Below are positions 9,109-16,737 of a stretch of 41,542 nucleotides of DNA, piece by piece. The position numbers and the translations under genes are program-made. Location: NCBI GenBank assembly GCA_018712665.1, contig DVGP01000262.1, positions 1-41,542 on the forward strand, written 5' to 3'. The first letter of the stretch is position 1. Each line of letters begins with the position of its first letter. The notes below the pieces were generated by a model that saw only the letters and a program-made list of their open reading frames with translations, was not told where the DNA came from and made no database searches. The DNA is from Candidatus Pelethomonas intestinigallinarum. Its GTDB lineage: Bacteria; Bacillota; Clostridia; Oscillospirales; Oscillospiraceae.

Positions 9109-10670
9109 CACACCGCCCTCCTCTCCCGCTGGCTCACCAGCTCCCGCATGGTACCGCACAGATACAGCTTCCCATAGCCCCACAGGGGGTTGGGATAGTC
9201 CCAGAAGGGGCTGCGGGCCGCCCGCTTGATGAGGAAGGCCCGCACCCGCTGGCCGTAGAGGTAGGGGTCGTTGCCCCGAACGATCCCCCACTCCATCATC
9301 AGCGCCGCGGAGCCGGTGACGAAGGGTGCGGCCATGCTGGTGCCGGTGAAGGCGTCGTAGCCGCCGCCGGCCTTGGCGGTGTAGATCCCCTCCGCCGGGG
9401 CGGTGATGTCCAGCAGGACCCGGCACCGGGAGTCTCCCCGGCCGGAGAAGGTGCTCACCGTCTCCGTGGCGGGGCGGTAGCCCCCCACGGAGATCACCCG
9501 CTGGGCGGTGGCCGGCAGGGTGATGGTCAGGTCCGCCTCCGGCCGAAGAAAGGCAGTGTTTTTCCCCACCTCCTCCACCGTGGGCAGCCAGATGTCGAAC
9601 CAGCCGTTCACCACCTGGGTGCCGGTGCACCGCAGCCGCCACAGGCCGTCCAGCCCCCCCGGCGGCGCCTCCAGCTGGAAGTAGAGCTCCTGGGCGGCGG
9701 TGTAGGGGTTGGGGCCGCTCCACACAGCGGTGGCCAGGACGTCTCCGAAGGTGAAGGGCCAGACCCGCCGGTTAGGGGTGATGATCCCCGTGGTCTGGCC
9801 GCCGGGAGTGATGAGCTCAAACTGCGCGGTATCCACAAACCCCTTCCACAGGGAGAGGTAGATCCTCTCCCGCCGGGTGGAAACCACAAACTCCGCCTCC
9901 ACCGTTTCCCCCTCCACCAGCTGGTCCCGGAAGTGGTGACCCGCGTCCCCCTCGTTGCCGGCGGCGCAGACGATGACGGTCTTCCACACCTGGGCCATCT
10001 CGTCGATATAGGTCTCGAAGAGGGACTGGCCCTGGTGGGAGCCCTCGTTGGTGCCGTAGCTGATGTTGATGGCGCAGGGCAGGTTGGCCTCCCGGGCCCG
10101 GTCAATGATGTACTTCACCCCCCGCATCACGTCGGTGGTCCGGGCCCCGGGCCGCATCTTTACAATAATGAGAGAGGCCAGGGGCGCCGCACCGCCGCTT
10201 CCCGCAGCGATGCCCGCCACGGCGGTGCCGTGTCCTTCCGTGTCCCGGCTGGGCACGTTCCCCCGGTCGATGTCCCCGGCGGAGAACTCCGCCCCCAGGT
10301 GGGACCAGGGCGGCGGCGTCCCCTGGCCGGATATGTCCCACAGCCACAGCACCCGGGTATTCCCCGTCTCCGTCAGAAACTCCGGGTGGGTCAGGTCGAT
10401 GCCGGAGTCGATGATCCCCACTGCTGTCCCCTGGCCGGTGAGGCCGAAGCCCTCCTGGCGCTGGACGGGGGTGATGCAGGCGGCGTCCAGGTCCGAGCGC
10501 AGCACCGGGGAGAGCCGCTCCGCCGGCTCGTAGTACTCGATCTGGCTGTACCGGCCCAGGCGCTGGGCCTCCATAGGCTCCAACTCCAAAATCGCGTACC
10601 CCTCCCCCAGGATCTCCGTGGTGTAGCCCAGGGACAGGATATCCCCGCTGTATTTGACGATATACTCCAT
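9108..10670 (-). CDS. cspB: Csp-family germination-specific subtilisin-like (S8) protease, CspB-like
   Basis: 520-aa ORF. The N-terminus MEYIVKYSGDILSL resembles the clostridial CspB prodomain start. Motifs present: GIIDSGIDLTHPEF (Asp), DTEGHGTAVAGIAAG (His), CAAGNEG (Asn) and FTGTSMAAPFVTGSAALM (Ser). Confidence 0.85.
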   Translation of the reverse strand: MEYIVKYSGDILSLGYTTEILGEGYAILELEPMEAQRLGRYSQIEYYEPAERLSPVLRSDLDAACITPVQRQEGFGLTGQGTAVGIIDSGIDLTHPEFLTETGNTRVLWLWDISGQGTPPPWSHLGAEFSAGDIDRGNVPSRDTEGHGTAVAGIAAGSGGAAPLASLIIVKMRPGARTTDVMRGVKYIIDRAREANLPCAINISYGTNEGSHQGQSLFETYIDEMAQVWKTVIVCAAGNEGDAGHHFRDQLVEGETVEAEFVVSTRRERIYLSLWKGFVDTAQFELITPGGQTTGIITPNRRVWPFTFGDVLATAVWSGPNPYTAAQELYFQLEAPPGGLDGLWRLRCTGTQVVNGWFDIWLPTVEEVGKNTAFLRPEADLTITLPATAQRVISVGGYRPATETVSTFSGRGDSRCRVLLDITAPAEGIYTAKAGGGYDAFTGTSMAAPFVTGSAALMMEWGIVRGNDPYLYGQRVRAFLIKRAARSPFWDYPNPLWGYGKLYLCGTMRELVSQRERRAV

Positions 10671-10712
10671 GGCTTCACTCCCTGCCTTGTTGTTCCGCCC
10701 ACCCCCGACGGT

Positions 10713-10740
10713 ACTGCCGGGCCCGTGGGCGCATACACTA
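10713..10740 (+). promoter_or_regulatory. Candidate mother-cell (sigma-K/sigma-E type) promoter for sleC
   Basis: AC (10713-10714), a 17-nt spacer, then CATACACTA (10732-10740). This fits the AC-N16/17-CATAnnnTA sigma-K consensus and sits about 25 nt upstream of the sleC ATG, just before the RBS GGAAAGGAGGG. It is a pattern match only. Confidence 0.3.
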
Positions 10741-10765
10741 GTATACGGAAAGGAGGGATGCCGTT

Positions 10766-11995
10766 ATGAATCCGGCATACATAGGCAGAGGGACCCTGCA
10801 GGTGGTGGTCACCGTGGGCGATGACCCGTCGCCCATCCAGGGGGCCCGGGTCCGCGTCACCGACCCCGCCGACGGCGCCGTCCTGGCGGAGCTGACCACC
10901 GACAGCTCCGGACAGACGGAGACCATCGAGCTGCCCACGCCGCCCATCGAGGATTCCATCGCCGAGAGCGATGTGCGCCCCTACGCCACCTACAACGTCA
11001 CCGCCACCGCCGAGGGCTTCGAGACGCTGCACATCAGCGGCGTGCAGCTCCTGCCCGACAGCCTCTCGGTCCAGCGCTCGTCCATGGGGCCCGCCAAAGA
11101 GGGGTTCAACGTCCGCAACGTCATGCTGGAGCCCCACACCCTCTGGGGGGACTTTCCTCCCAAGATCCCGGAGGACGAGGTCAAGCCCCTGCCGGACGCC
11201 GGAGGGCTGGTGGTGCTGCCAAAGCCGGTGGTCCCGGAATTCATCGTGGTCCACATGGGGGTCCCCAGCGACAGCAGCGCCCCCAACCACTGGATCTTCT
11301 TCCGGGACTACATCAAAAACGTGGCCTGCAGCGAGATCTACTCCACCTGGCAGACCGAGGCCATCAAAGCCAACGTCCTGGCGATTTTGTCCTTCACCCT
11401 CAACCGGGTGTTCACCGAGTGGTACCGGGGGAAGGGCTACGACTTCACCATCACCAACTCCACCGCCTACGACCAGTCCTTCGTCATGGGCCGGACCATC
11501 TTCGAGAGCATCTCCCAGGTGGTGGACGACATCTTCACCACCTATATCACCCGGGAGGGCATCTCCCAGCCCCTGTTCGCCCAGTACTGCGACGGGCGGC
11601 GGGTCCAGTGCAACGGCCTGAGCCAGTGGGGGTCCCAGGCCCTGGCGGAGCAGGGGCTGGACGCCGTCTCCATCCTGCGGCGGTACTACGGCAGCGACAT
11701 CTACCTGACCACAGCGGAGAAGGTGGAGGGCGTTCCCATGTCCTTCAACGGCCAGGTGCTGTCCCTGGGCTCCCAGGGGGAGGACGTGCGGACCATCCAG
11801 AGCCAGCTCAACGCCATCTCCAACAACTTCCCCGCCATCGGCAAGCTCCGGGTGGACGGCGTCTACGGCCCCGCCACGCAGCAGTCCGTCCTCACCTTCC
11901 AGCAGGTCTTCCACATGCCCCAGACCGGGGAGGTGGATTTCGCCACCTGGTACTCCATCTCTAATATCTATGTGGCCGTCACCGGCATGGCGTAA
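10766..11995 (+). CDS. sleC: Spore cortex-lytic enzyme SleC (pre-pro form), with a C-terminal peptidoglycan-binding domain
   Basis: 409-aa ORF. Long stretches match the SleC sequence I remember from C. difficile and C. perfringens: DVRPY..Y.V...A.GFET, PPKIPE...KPLP, VVPEFIVVH.G.P.DSSAPN.WI.F..YIKNVA.SEIYSTW, ISFTLNRVFTEWYR.KGY.FTIT.STAYD and the C-terminal PG_binding_1-like VRTIQSQLNAISNNFPAI...DGVYGPATQQSV..FQ. Confidence 0.9.
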   Translation: MNPAYIGRGTLQVVVTVGDDPSPIQGARVRVTDPADGAVLAELTTDSSGQTETIELPTPPIEDSIAESDVRPYATYNVTATAEGFETLHISGVQLLPDSLSVQRSSMGPAKEGFNVRNVMLEPHTLWGDFPPKIPEDEVKPLPDAGGLVVLPKPVVPEFIVVHMGVPSDSSAPNHWIFFRDYIKNVACSEIYSTWQTEAIKANVLAILSFTLNRVFTEWYRGKGYDFTITNSTAYDQSFVMGRTIFESISQVVDDIFTTYITREGISQPLFAQYCDGRRVQCNGLSQWGSQALAEQGLDAVSILRRYYGSDIYLTTAEKVEGVPMSFNGQVLSLGSQGEDVRTIQSQLNAISNNFPAIGKLRVDGVYGPATQQSVLTFQQVFHMPQTGEVDFATWYSISNIYVAVTGMA

Positions 11996-12007
11996 GGAGG
12001 GCGGCGG

Positions 12008-12457
12008 ATGATACCGTACTGCTTCGACCGCCCGGCGGCGGTGGCCCGCATGTCGGGGGGCGGCGTCACCGGCGCCGTCTCCTTCTTCTGCCGCCGGGGG
12101 GAGGTCTACGTGGCCGCCGACATCAGGGGACTGCCCCGGGAGGCGGACCCCTGCAAGTGCCGGGTCTTCGGCTTCCACATCCACGAGGGCCGGGACTGCG
12201 GAGGGGAGGGCTTCGCCGACACCGGCGGGCATCTGGATCTGGCGGGCTGCCCCCACCCCTGCCACACCGGGGACCTGCCGCCGCTGCTCGCCTGGGACGG
12301 CCGGGCGTTCCTGATCGCAAGGACCGGGCGCTTCCGCCTGGCGGACGTCATCGGCCGCACGGTGGTCATCCACGCCATGCCCGACGACTTCGCCACCCAG
12401 CCCTCGGGCCACTCCGGGGAGAAGATCGCCTGCGGCGTGATCCGCCGGGTATCGTGA
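12008..12457 (+). CDS. sodC: Cu/Zn superoxide dismutase family protein (SodC-like) with no signal peptide
   Basis: 149-aa ORF starting 12 nt after the sleC stop; the RBS AAGGAGGG overlaps the sleC stop codon. SodC motifs present: FGFHIHEGRDC, GGHLD, HPCHTGDLPPL, VVIHAMPDD and GEKIACGVI. Confidence 0.8.
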   Translation: MIPYCFDRPAAVARMSGGGVTGAVSFFCRRGEVYVAADIRGLPREADPCKCRVFGFHIHEGRDCGGEGFADTGGHLDLAGCPHPCHTGDLPPLLAWDGRAFLIARTGRFRLADVIGRTVVIHAMPDDFATQPSGHSGEKIACGVIRRVS

Positions 12458-12469
12458 ATCATAAATGAA

Positions 12470-12493
12470 GGCGGCCGGCAAATGCCGGCCGCC
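12470..12493. terminator. GC-rich hairpin between the convergent sodC and aldehyde dehydrogenase genes
   Basis: GGCGGCCGGC-aaat-GCCGGCCGCC (10-bp perfect stem). A T-rich run (TTCATTTAT) follows on the minus strand, so it reads best as the terminator of the MarR-ADH-ALDH operon. Confidence 0.6.
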
Positions 12494-12508
12494 GAGACGT
12501 TACCGCTT

Positions 12509-13888
12509 TTATTTCAGGAACATACGGACCAGCTTCTCCTTGAAGGGTTGGTAGGGCTGGTAGCGCATGGGAAGGTCCAGCCAGGTCTGCTTGTCCACGA
12601 CGCTCTTGTGGTGGGAGAAGGTGTCGAAGCCCACCTTCCCGTGGTAGGCCCCCATGCCGCTGGCCCCCACGCCGCCGAAGCCCATGGCGCTGGTGGCCAA
12701 GTGGATGATGGTGTCGTTGACGCAGCCGCCGCCGAACTGGCACCGGCTGGTGACATACCGGACATGCTGTTTGTCGCTGGTGAAGAGGTAGAGTGCCAGG
12801 GGGTGGGGCCGGCTGTTGACCTGGGCGGCCGCCTCCTCCAGGGTCTGGAAGGTCAGCACCGGCAGGATGGGCCCGAAGATCTCCTCCCCCATCACCGGGT
12901 CCTCCCAGGTGACATTGTCCATCACCGTGGGCTCGATCCGGCACCGGTCCTCCTCCAGGCCGCCGCCGAAGACCACCTTCTCCCGGTCGATCAGGCCGGC
13001 GAGGCGGCGGAAGTGCTTCTGGTTGATGATCTTTCCGTAGTTCTCGTTGTCCAGGGGCCGCTCCCCGAACTGGGCGCGGATCTCCTTCCCGATGGCCTGG
13101 ACCAGCCGGTCCTTGACGGACGCCTCGCAGTAGAGGTAGTCCGGCGCCACGCAGGTCTGGCCGCAGTTGAGGAACTTCCCGAAGACGATCCGCTTGGCCG
13201 CCAGGGGGATGTTGGCGGTGCGGTCCACGATGCAGGGGCTCTTTCCCCCCAGCTCCAGGGTCACAGGCGTCAGGTGCTCGGCGGCCTGCCGGAGCACCTC
13301 CCTGCCCACCGCCTGGCTGCCGGTGAAGAAGATGTAGTCGAACGCCTCCCGGAGCAGGCACTGGTTCTCCTCCCGCCCGCCGGAGATCACCGCCACATAG
13401 GAGGAATCGAAGCAGGAGGAGATGATCTTCTCGATGACGGCGCTGGTGTGTGGGGAGTAGGCGCTGGGCTTGAGCACCACGGTGTTCCCCGCCGCCAGGG
13501 CGTCGGCCAGGGGGTCCATGGTCAGCATGAAGGGGTAGTTCCAGGGGCTCATGATCAGGACCACCCCGTAGGGGGATGGCTTCACAAAGCTCCTGGCGTG
13601 GAACTGGGCCAGGGGGGTGGGGACCCGCCGCTCCGCGGCGAAGCGCCGGGTGTGGCGGATCATGTAGGAGATCTCGCTGCAGGTCAGCCCCACCTCGCAC
13701 ATGTAGCTCTCAAAGCCGCTCTTGCCCAGGTCCGCTTTCAGCGCGGCGTTGATCTCCGCCTCACTGTCCAGAATGGCTGTCCGCAGGCGCTGAAGCGCCT
13801 GAACGCGCTTTTCCACGGGCAGCGTGGCGCCGCTGGAAAAGTAGGCCCGCTGCGTATCCAAAATATGTCGGATCTGTTCCTGGTTCAT
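12509..13888 (-). CDS. Aldehyde dehydrogenase (class 3 / YwdH-like, NAD(P)+ dependent)
   Basis: ORF 12509..14374. The real start is MNQEQIRHILDTQRAYF at 13888, with GGAGGAGCGAA upstream. Motifs present: SPWNYPF, VLKPS, FTGS, LELGGKSPCIVD (catalytic Glu and Cys) and EEIFGPILPV. Confidence 0.9.
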   Translation of the reverse strand: MNQEQIRHILDTQRAYFSSGATLPVEKRVQALQRLRTAILDSEAEINAALKADLGKSGFESYMCEVGLTCSEISYMIRHTRRFAAERRVPTPLAQFHARSFVKPSPYGVVLIMSPWNYPFMLTMDPLADALAAGNTVVLKPSAYSPHTSAVIEKIISSCFDSSYVAVISGGREENQCLLREAFDYIFFTGSQAVGREVLRQAAEHLTPVTLELGGKSPCIVDRTANIPLAAKRIVFGKFLNCGQTCVAPDYLYCEASVKDRLVQAIGKEIRAQFGERPLDNENYGKIINQKHFRRLAGLIDREKVVFGGGLEEDRCRIEPTVMDNVTWEDPVMGEEIFGPILPVLTFQTLEEAAAQVNSRPHPLALYLFTSDKQHVRYVTSRCQFGGGCVNDTIIHLATSAMGFGGVGASGMGAYHGKVGFDTFSHHKSVVDKQTWLDLPMRYQPYQPFKEKLVRMFLK

Positions 13889-15098
13889 TTCGCTCCTCCA
13901 TGACCTCGTAGTAGAATCGTTCCAGCTCCCCGGCGTCCAGCAGCACCGGCACCGGGTAGAGGGGGTTGGCCTCCTTGTCGGCGTACCGGGCCAGCCGGGG
14001 GACGTCCTCCCGGCGGATCTCCGGGATGGTGGTGGGGATGTCCAGCCGCCGCTCCATGCCCCGGATGGCCTGGATGAATCTCTCCGCCCCCGCCCGGGGG
14101 CTGTCATTGGCAGCGGCCACGCCCGCGACAACCGCCAAACGGTGGAGGGGCTGATAGGCCGCCTCGCCGTAAAACGCCAGGACGTTGGGCAGCAGCACCG
14201 CGTTGGCCAGGCCGTGGGGGACGTTGTACTGCCCGCCCAGGGAGTGGGCCACCGCGTGGACGTAGCCCACATAGGACTTGGTGAAGGCGCTGCCCGCCAG
14301 GAAGGCCGCCTGCAGCATGTTGGCCCGGGCCTCCATGTTGCCGCCGTCGGCGCAGGCGGTCTCCAGGTTGGCAAAGATCAGCCTCACCGCCTCCTCCGCG
14401 TCCCGGCGGGTGTCCCGGGTGGTGGACCGGCCGATATACGCCTCCACCGCGTGGGTCAGGGCGTCCAGGCCCGTGGTGGCGGTGATGTGCCGGGGCAGCT
14501 GCCGGGTGACCTCCGGGTCCAGCACCGCGTAGTGGGGGATCAGGGGGAAGTCGTTGATGGGGTACTTGTGCCGGGTGCCACTGTCGGTGATGACGGCGGC
14601 CAGGGTGGTCTCGCTGCCGGTGCCGGCGGTGGTGGGGACGGCGATCAGGAGGGGCAGACGCCTGTGGACCTTCAAGATCCCTTTCATTTTCGCCAAGCTC
14701 TGCCGGGGCTTCGCCACCCGGGCCCCCACCGCCTTGGCGCAGTCGATGGAGGACCCGCCGCCGAAGCCGATGATGGCCTGACACCCGTTGGTCAGGTACA
14801 GCGCCCTGGCCTCCTCCACGTTGTCCGTGGTGGGGTTGGCCACCGTCCTGTCGTACACCGTGCACTGGATGCCCTCCCGGGCCAGGAGCTCCTCGGTGTG
14901 GGCGGTAATGCCGAGGCCGCGGATGCTGGCATCCGTCACCAGCAGCACCCGGCGGACGCCCTTCTCCCGAAACAGGCCGGGCAGCAGGTCCGTCCCCGTC
15001 AGGATCTCGGGCCTGCGGTAGGGGAGAAGGGGGATGGCCAGGTGAAAAACAGTTTGAAAGGCTCTGCAGTAGACCTTCTTGATGGGATGCATACTCAT
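13761..15098 (-). CDS. Iron-containing (group III) alcohol dehydrogenase
   Basis: 445-aa ORF with GFGGGSSIDCAKA, AVPTTAGTGSE, DALTHAVEAY and HAVAHSLGG..NVPHG motifs. The last ~43 aa overlap the ALDH gene (see findings). The start overlaps the MarR stop (ATGA). Confidence 0.85.
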   Translation of the reverse strand: MSMHPIKKVYCRAFQTVFHLAIPLLPYRRPEILTGTDLLPGLFREKGVRRVLLVTDASIRGLGITAHTEELLAREGIQCTVYDRTVANPTTDNVEEARALYLTNGCQAIIGFGGGSSIDCAKAVGARVAKPRQSLAKMKGILKVHRRLPLLIAVPTTAGTGSETTLAAVITDSGTRHKYPINDFPLIPHYAVLDPEVTRQLPRHITATTGLDALTHAVEAYIGRSTTRDTRRDAEEAVRLIFANLETACADGGNMEARANMLQAAFLAGSAFTKSYVGYVHAVAHSLGGQYNVPHGLANAVLLPNVLAFYGEAAYQPLHRLAVVAGVAAANDSPRAGAERFIQAIRGMERRLDIPTTIPEIRREDVPRLARYADKEANPLYPVPVLLDAGELERFYYEVMEERNEPGTDPTYFGYAAGLLFQRRHAARGKARSGASAPADSHSGQ

Positions 15099-15550
15099 AT
15101 GGGTTCCTCCGTCGAGCAGATCTGCTCCAAATTTCGGGCAATGACGCCCAGGGCGCGGTAGAAGTCCTCCCGCTGGCCGTCGGTAAGCCCCCGGCCTCCC
15201 CGCTGGACAGCCTGCCGGATCTTACCGGTCATCCGCTCCGCGGCGGCCCGTCCGGCCTCCGTCAGACGGAGCTTGGCCCGGTAGCGGCGCTTGCCGCCCT
15301 CCTCCGGGAGCTCCACCAGCCCCAGCTCCTCCAGCCGGGCCAACGCCCGGGAGACGGCGGCCTTGTCCTCCAGGCTGCGCTCGGCGAGCTCCGCGGCGGT
15401 GAGGCCCTCCGGGTGCTGCCGCAGCTGGAACAGGCACATCACGTGGCTCCCCTTCAGTCCCAACGCCTCCATCTCCCGGTCCTTGATCCGCTGGATACAC
15501 CGGTAGATCCGGTTGATGGTCAGGACAAAGGTCTCGAACCGATCCGTCAC
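15095..15550 (-). CDS. MarR-family transcriptional regulator
   Basis: ORF 15095..15949. A GTG start at 15550 (VTDRFETFVLTINRIYRCIQRI) follows AAAGGGGGGCGGCG. It has a winged-HTH with GLTAAELAERSLEDKAAVSRALARLEELGLV. Confidence 0.8.
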   Translation of the reverse strand: MTDRFETFVLTINRIYRCIQRIKDREMEALGLKGSHVMCLFQLRQHPEGLTAAELAERSLEDKAAVSRALARLEELGLVELPEEGGKRRYRAKLRLTEAGRAAAERMTGKIRQAVQRGGRGLTDGQREDFYRALGVIARNLEQICSTEEPI

Positions 15551-15583
15551 ACCGCCGCCCCCCTTTTTCAGGAAATCCTCCTG

Positions 15584-15617
15584 ATCATAGCAGAAAGATG
15601 TTGATGTGTCAACATCT
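15584..15617 (-). promoter_or_regulatory. Sigma-A-type promoter of the MarR operon overlapped by a 9-4-9 inverted repeat (probable MarR operator)
   Basis: On the minus strand: TTGACA (15612..15607), a 17-nt spacer, then TATGAT (15589..15584). The inverted repeat AGATGTTGA-tgtg-TCAACATCT occupies 15596..15617 and covers the -35 box. Confidence 0.55.
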
Positions 15618-15635
15618 ATTGTGCCCACAACAGCG

Positions 15636-15690
15636 CAAAAAATACCGCCCGCCGCTGATGCGGCGGCATCAGCGGCGGGCGGGCCTGTTT
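15636..15690 (-). terminator. Rho-independent terminator after the alpha/beta hydrolase gene
   Basis: 17-bp perfect stem CCGCCCGCCGCTGATGC-ggcg-GCATCAGCGGCGGGCGG (15645..15682). It is flanked by A6 upstream and T4 downstream on the plus strand; on the minus strand it is followed by TATTTTTTG. Confidence 0.8.
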
Positions 15691-15701
15691 TGGCCCGGTA
15701 T

Positions 15702-16523
15702 CTATGCGTCCCATAAGCCTTGGACAAATTCCCCGATTTGGCCGTTGACAAAATCAATCCGGTCTGTGTTGGCGTTGTGGCCGGCCCCGGGGACCCAGAC
15801 CAGGGGATATCCGCTCCGGCGGGCCCACTCCCTGTTGTATCGTTTAGCGGAACCTGCCCTGTCCCTCTCGCCGCACAACAGCAAGACAGGGCAGGAAATG
15901 GCATACGCCTTCCCAGCCTCAACCGCCTGAGCGAAGATGCGGTAGCCATGATCTGCCAGAGCGCAGTATTCCCTCTTATTGTACTCGCCCATCATCTGGG
16001 CCATCAGTTTTTGACCGTATTCCGTCACGGCGCACCCTGCGGCACCCCAGCGGAGCAGCCACCTCCAGGGAATCGACAAATACATCCCCTTGGTATGTTT
16101 TAAAAGCGCCAGCTCCAGCCCTGTGTAGTACCTGCGCTGGAGGGGACAGGAGTCGATGGAGATAAAGCCGGAGACAGAGCCGGGATATGCCTCCATGTAT
16201 ACCTGGGCAATGTAGCCTCCCAGGGACTGGCCCACCAGGACCGGCCCAGCGATCCCCTCAGCGGTAAAGATCTGTCTCAGGTACCGCGCCAAATCCTCCA
16301 TGGAGAACTTTAGGGCGAAGGGTCTGGACGTCCCGTGGCCCGGGGCGTCCCACACCAGGCAGTTATACCCCTTTCCCAGCTCCGCTACCTGCCCGTCAAA
16401 CAGGCGGTGGTCGGCGGTCAGCCCCGGCAGGAATACCAGCCACGGGCGATTTTCACCGGCCCGGCAAGTCCAATACCGGATGACGCCGTATGGGGTCTCG
16501 CAGCCCTTTTTCAACATATGCAT
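15702..16523 (-). CDS. Alpha/beta-fold hydrolase
   Basis: ORF 15702..16640. The start is at MHMLKKG (16523), with GAAAGGAGAGG upstream. It has the nucleophile elbow GQSLGG, an HG-type oxyanion region (LPGLTADH) and a C-terminal GAGHNAN histidine motif. Confidence 0.8.
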   Translation of the reverse strand: MHMLKKGCETPYGVIRYWTCRAGENRPWLVFLPGLTADHRLFDGQVAELGKGYNCLVWDAPGHGTSRPFALKFSMEDLARYLRQIFTAEGIAGPVLVGQSLGGYIAQVYMEAYPGSVSGFISIDSCPLQRRYYTGLELALLKHTKGMYLSIPWRWLLRWGAAGCAVTEYGQKLMAQMMGEYNKREYCALADHGYRIFAQAVEAGKAYAISCPVLLLCGERDRAGSAKRYNREWARRSGYPLVWVPGAGHNANTDRIDFVNGQIGEFVQGLWDA

Positions 16524-16660
16524 GGGACCTCTCCTTTCCCGGGAAACTCCCCTCTCACGGTACCACCGCCCCGCCGCCATGTCAATCCCCGGCGCTCTGT
16601 TTGGGAATTTTTCCACAGAGAACGGGCCGTTTTCCAACAAAGTCTTAACAAGTTCCCTTC

Positions 16661-16689
16661 TTTACTTGGGCGATGGATTTGGATATACT
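16661..16689 (+). promoter_or_regulatory. Candidate sigma-A promoter for pyk
   Basis: TTTACT (16661-16666), a 17-nt spacer, then TATACT (16684-16689), about 50 nt upstream of the pyk ATG. Confidence 0.4.
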
Positions 16690-16737
16690 ATAGAAGAGAG
16701 AAAGCGTTTACAGGGAATGAGAAAGAGGAGGATGGCT

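Noticed and set aside
9109-9723. N-terminal 205-aa extension of ORF 7399..9723. Similar upstream extensions occur on ORFs 12509..14374, 15095..15949, 15702..16640, 16300..18150, 24963..25796, 33045..34163 and 36767..38125.
   Set aside because: The extensions overlap the preceding gene in another frame and look like junk sequence. Internal starts with good Shine-Dalgarno sequences coincide with the conserved N-termini of the respective families.
10726-10746. CATACACTAGTATAC considered as a palindromic operator between cspB and sleC
   Set aside because: It is not a true inverted repeat; only the embedded ACTAGT and GTATAC hexamers are self-complementary. It is better explained as a sigma-K/E-type -10 element, which is itself low confidence.
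10391-12481. 696-aa minus-strand ORF covering sleC and sodC
   Set aside because: It is antisense to two genes with strong family-level sequence identity, and it contains no recognisable domain.
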